Shown piece by piece: positions 53,440-64,000 of a stretch of 64,000 nt of DNA (its first letter is position 1; each line of letters opens with the position of its first letter). The position numbers and the translations under genes are program-made. The notes beneath the pieces are model-generated. The model did no database searches. It worked only from the letters and a program-made list of their open reading frames with translations, and had not been told where the DNA came from. The stretch is taken from NCBI RefSeq assembly GCF_009914755.1, contig NC_060925.1. One strand, written 5' to 3'. Origin of the DNA: the human T2T-CHM13v2.0 reference genome, Homo sapiens.

Positions 53440-54387
53440 GCATTCATCATCTTCTCCCTCAAGCCTTCTCCTTCTCTGCTGTCGCCCTGCTTGACAGCAC
53501 TGACTACTAAGTTACCCAACCCAGAAACCCAAGTGTCATCCTTGACCTCTCCCTCTTTTTCACGTGCCAATCCAATCATGAGTTTGATGATTTTACTTCC
53601 TGAAATCTGTATTTTCCCTCCTCTACCTAATTCAGGTCACCATCACTTTTGCCTGGATGACTGCAATAAACACTTATAAGTGGCTTCCCTGCCTCCAAGT
53701 CTGTGTCCTCTAATCTATTTCCTACATAGCAGTTAGTGATCTTTTCTAAAATCAAATCTGTTAACACCATTGTGATCTTTTCTGAAATCAAATCTGTTAA
53801 CACCATTGTGATCTCTTCTAAAATCAAATCTGTTAACATCATTGACCAGATTAAAAGCTCTAACAGCTTCTCACTGCTGATAGAATCCAAAGTCCTTGAC
53901 AAGAATTAGAAGACCTTTCTTGATTTGGCCTCTGTCTTGGCTGTCATTGCTTCCCAACTTTGTACTCTCTGCTTCAGCCAAAATTGTCCTCTCAGTTCTT
54001 CAGGCATACCATACTATGTGTTCTCCTGCTTCTAGGTTGTTGCACATTCTATTTATGCTGCCCAAAAAACTCTTTTCCTATCTACTGTCTTCCCTCCCTC
54101 TACCCAATTCACCTAGCAAAGTCCTGGACATTTTTCAGGTCTCAACTTAGGTGACACTTCCTCTAAGAAGTTTTTCCTGATCCCTAAGTTCAGGTTAGAT
54201 ACCCCTGATTTGTGTTCCTAGAACACACTGCACTTACCCCTTAAGATTGTAATTGCCTATTTCCTCATCTGCTTCCATCAGTAGAGTCTAACATCTGTAA
54301 GGAATAGTGCCTTGCTTACCACAGAACACTGTGCTTGGTACATGGTAGCATTCAATAAATATTTGACTAACTGGCTGAATTAATGAA
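53440..54387 (+). mobile_element. L2 3' region
   Basis: ccagaaacccaagtgtcatccttgac...ttcaataaatatttgactaactggctgaattaatgaa. Confidence 0.8.
53736..53843. repeat. 36-bp unit x3 minisatellite within L2
   Basis: gtgatcttttctaaaatcaaatctgttaacaccatt repeated three times, with 1-2 differences per unit. Confidence 0.95.
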
Positions 54388-55134
54388 CTATTTGGTGATT
54401 TCATTGCCTGCATCTTCTAACTTCTGGTTCTATACCCTAGCTTTCAGCATCTGCTTCTGGCCTCTTTTCTGGTTAGATTGATCTATTCTCTTTTTGCACC
54501 CTAGATAACTTCCAAGATTCTCAACTCTATATGCTTTCTTACGGTCAGCATCATCTACAGTTCCAGTTTGCATAGTCCACTCTTTACCCCCAAGGAATCC
54601 AGGATATCAGTGCTGGTCAACCTTGACCACTACTTCCACTTGCCCAGAGTGATTCAGATAATAAATAACATCAGCTACCATTTAATGAACACCCACTATG
54701 TGCCAATTCCTTTGTATATTGTAGCAGACATTAGCCTCATTTTATTGATGGGAAAACAAGTCTTTCTCTTCATATCCAGTAGTTACTCAGGACTGAACTC
54801 ATGTCTGTCTGTTCCAAAGCTTTTCCCATTACACAGTCTTGAAAGTGTTATTATATCTTATTGTATCAGGTTTGACAGAAAGTATGGGTGTTGGTAGGAG
54901 AGAGGGACAGTGGTAGCACTGAGGTACAACCTTTTGGAAAGGGAATTTGGTAATATCTAACAAAACTACATATGCATTATTTGATCAGGCAAAACTAAGA
55001 ATTTGCCCTAAAGATACATCTACAACAACAGAAAAACACATATGCCCAAAATTATTGACTGCAACATTGCAATTGCAAAATACTGGTAACAATTTAAACG
55101 CCTAATTTTAAGAGAATGGTTGAATAAATTACAG

Positions 55135-58821
<3,687 letters not shown>

Positions 58822-58863
<42 letters not shown>
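58822..58863. repeat. (GT)n microsatellite, about 21 units
   Basis: Directly visible and uninterrupted. Confidence 0.97.
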
Positions 58864-58865
<2 letters not shown>

Positions 58866-59355
58866 TTTCTAGCTCTGCTCAGTGAAAGCACCTAGAAGCA
58901 ATGACATTATAGTAGCAATGAGCACAACTAGCACATAGGTCTTTATTTCTAAAGACCATTCTCTACTAAATGGAACTTGGGCTTTTAGGGAAATGGGTGA
59001 TTCCAGGGATGGAGCTGGGAAAGTACAAGGTGTGCCTGGGACACAATGCAGAAAGTAAGGGAAATCTTAAAAAATGATGAAGAAATGTTAAAAGAACACA
59101 GAAACCAGCTGAATCTGAAACAATTGGTGCATCTATTTGTAATAATAATCATTACATAATTCATAGAATAAAAATCAATGAGTTTATCTGATATAAACAA
59201 AGTAATAAATGAATAAATGAAGGAGAATAAAAAAGCTCTCCCATACAGCAGAAAGACAAATTTAAAATATATAAGGAACGATAATGATGGAATTAGAAAA
59301 TTATCATTCGGCAACCATTATAGTAATAATTGTCTCAAGCAAGAATCACCAATGA

Positions 59356-59697
<342 letters not shown>

Positions 59698-60122
59698 TGA
59701 TCCACCCACCTCGGCCTCCCAAAGTGCTAGGATTACAGGCGTGAGCCACCGCGCCCAGCTGCCTATACCTTCTTAAGTGAACAAAGTCACTCTCATCAGT
59801 GGTGAGACATACAAGTATCACATGACTCTGGATAAGACACACTGAGAGGGACACAACTTCATTTGTGTAGTATTACTGCCCAAAATGCAAAACCTGAATT
59901 TAATAATGAAGAAAAAACAAAAAAACTCAAATTGAGGGATATTTTACAAAATAAATGGCCTGTATTCTTCAAAAATGTAAAGACTGTAAAAGAAAAAATA
60001 CTGAGAAACAGTTCCAGATTAAAGAAAATAAAAGAAACTTGAAATTAATTATAATGTGTGATCCTGCACTGGATCCTGGACCAGAACCAAAAACTTATTT
60101 TCTTTTTCTATAAAGAATATTA

Positions 60123-62109
<1,987 letters not shown>

Positions 62110-62118
62110 TTATACATC

Positions 62119-62770
<652 letters not shown>

Positions 62771-63125
62771 ATATCTATATCTCTCTATAGAGATAGAAAA
62801 AACATAGAGCAAGAGTGAGAGACAGAGAATGATGAAGCAAATGTGGTTAGATATGGGTGAAAAGTATGTGGGATTTTGGGGTACTATTTTTGCAACTTTT
62901 CTTTAAATCTGGTATTATTCCAAAATAAAAAAATCGAAAAATTCCACAAACATATAACATTTTGAACTATTTCCTTCTAAGTATCATATTTATATATTTT
63001 GTAAGTATATAAAGCACATAATTGGGATAATAGTCTTTTGTACTTAACACTGTTTTTTATTAACTTGGTATTGAATCATAAGCAGTTTTCAATGTCATTT
63101 AAAATTATTTAAAAACAATTGTTAA

Positions 63126-64000
<875 letters not shown>

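Overview
Primate (human-like) genomic DNA, very Alu-dense. Positions 1-~16,200 hold the 3' half of BTF3L4 (NAC-beta paralogue) on the + strand: most of a large intron, three coding exons (8827-9028, 11592-11651, 12192-12238) and a long 3' UTR. The rest is gene-free and built from nested transposon fossils: roughly 90-100 Alu copies (rough count by eye), L1, L2, MIR, a HERV16-like proviral remnant, LTR16/LTR8/THE1/MLT1 solo LTRs and several DNA transposons. From memory, the human locus is 1p32.3 with ZFYVE9 next downstream, but ZFYVE9 is not visible here. Almost all ORFs in the track are Alu or L1 artefacts. The most unusual items are: (1) a ~2.7 kb ancient, degenerate 21-bp tandem array (38970-41660), old enough to be interrupted by a MIR, which I cannot assign to a known family; (2) a ~1 kb piece of the BTF3L4 intron copied 19.2 kb downstream into another Alu; (3) an apparently twin-primed inverted Alu; (4) a tail-less L1 fragment patching a deletion between inverted Alus. 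Repeat subfamily names come from remembered consensus sequences, and repeat boundaries are approximate.
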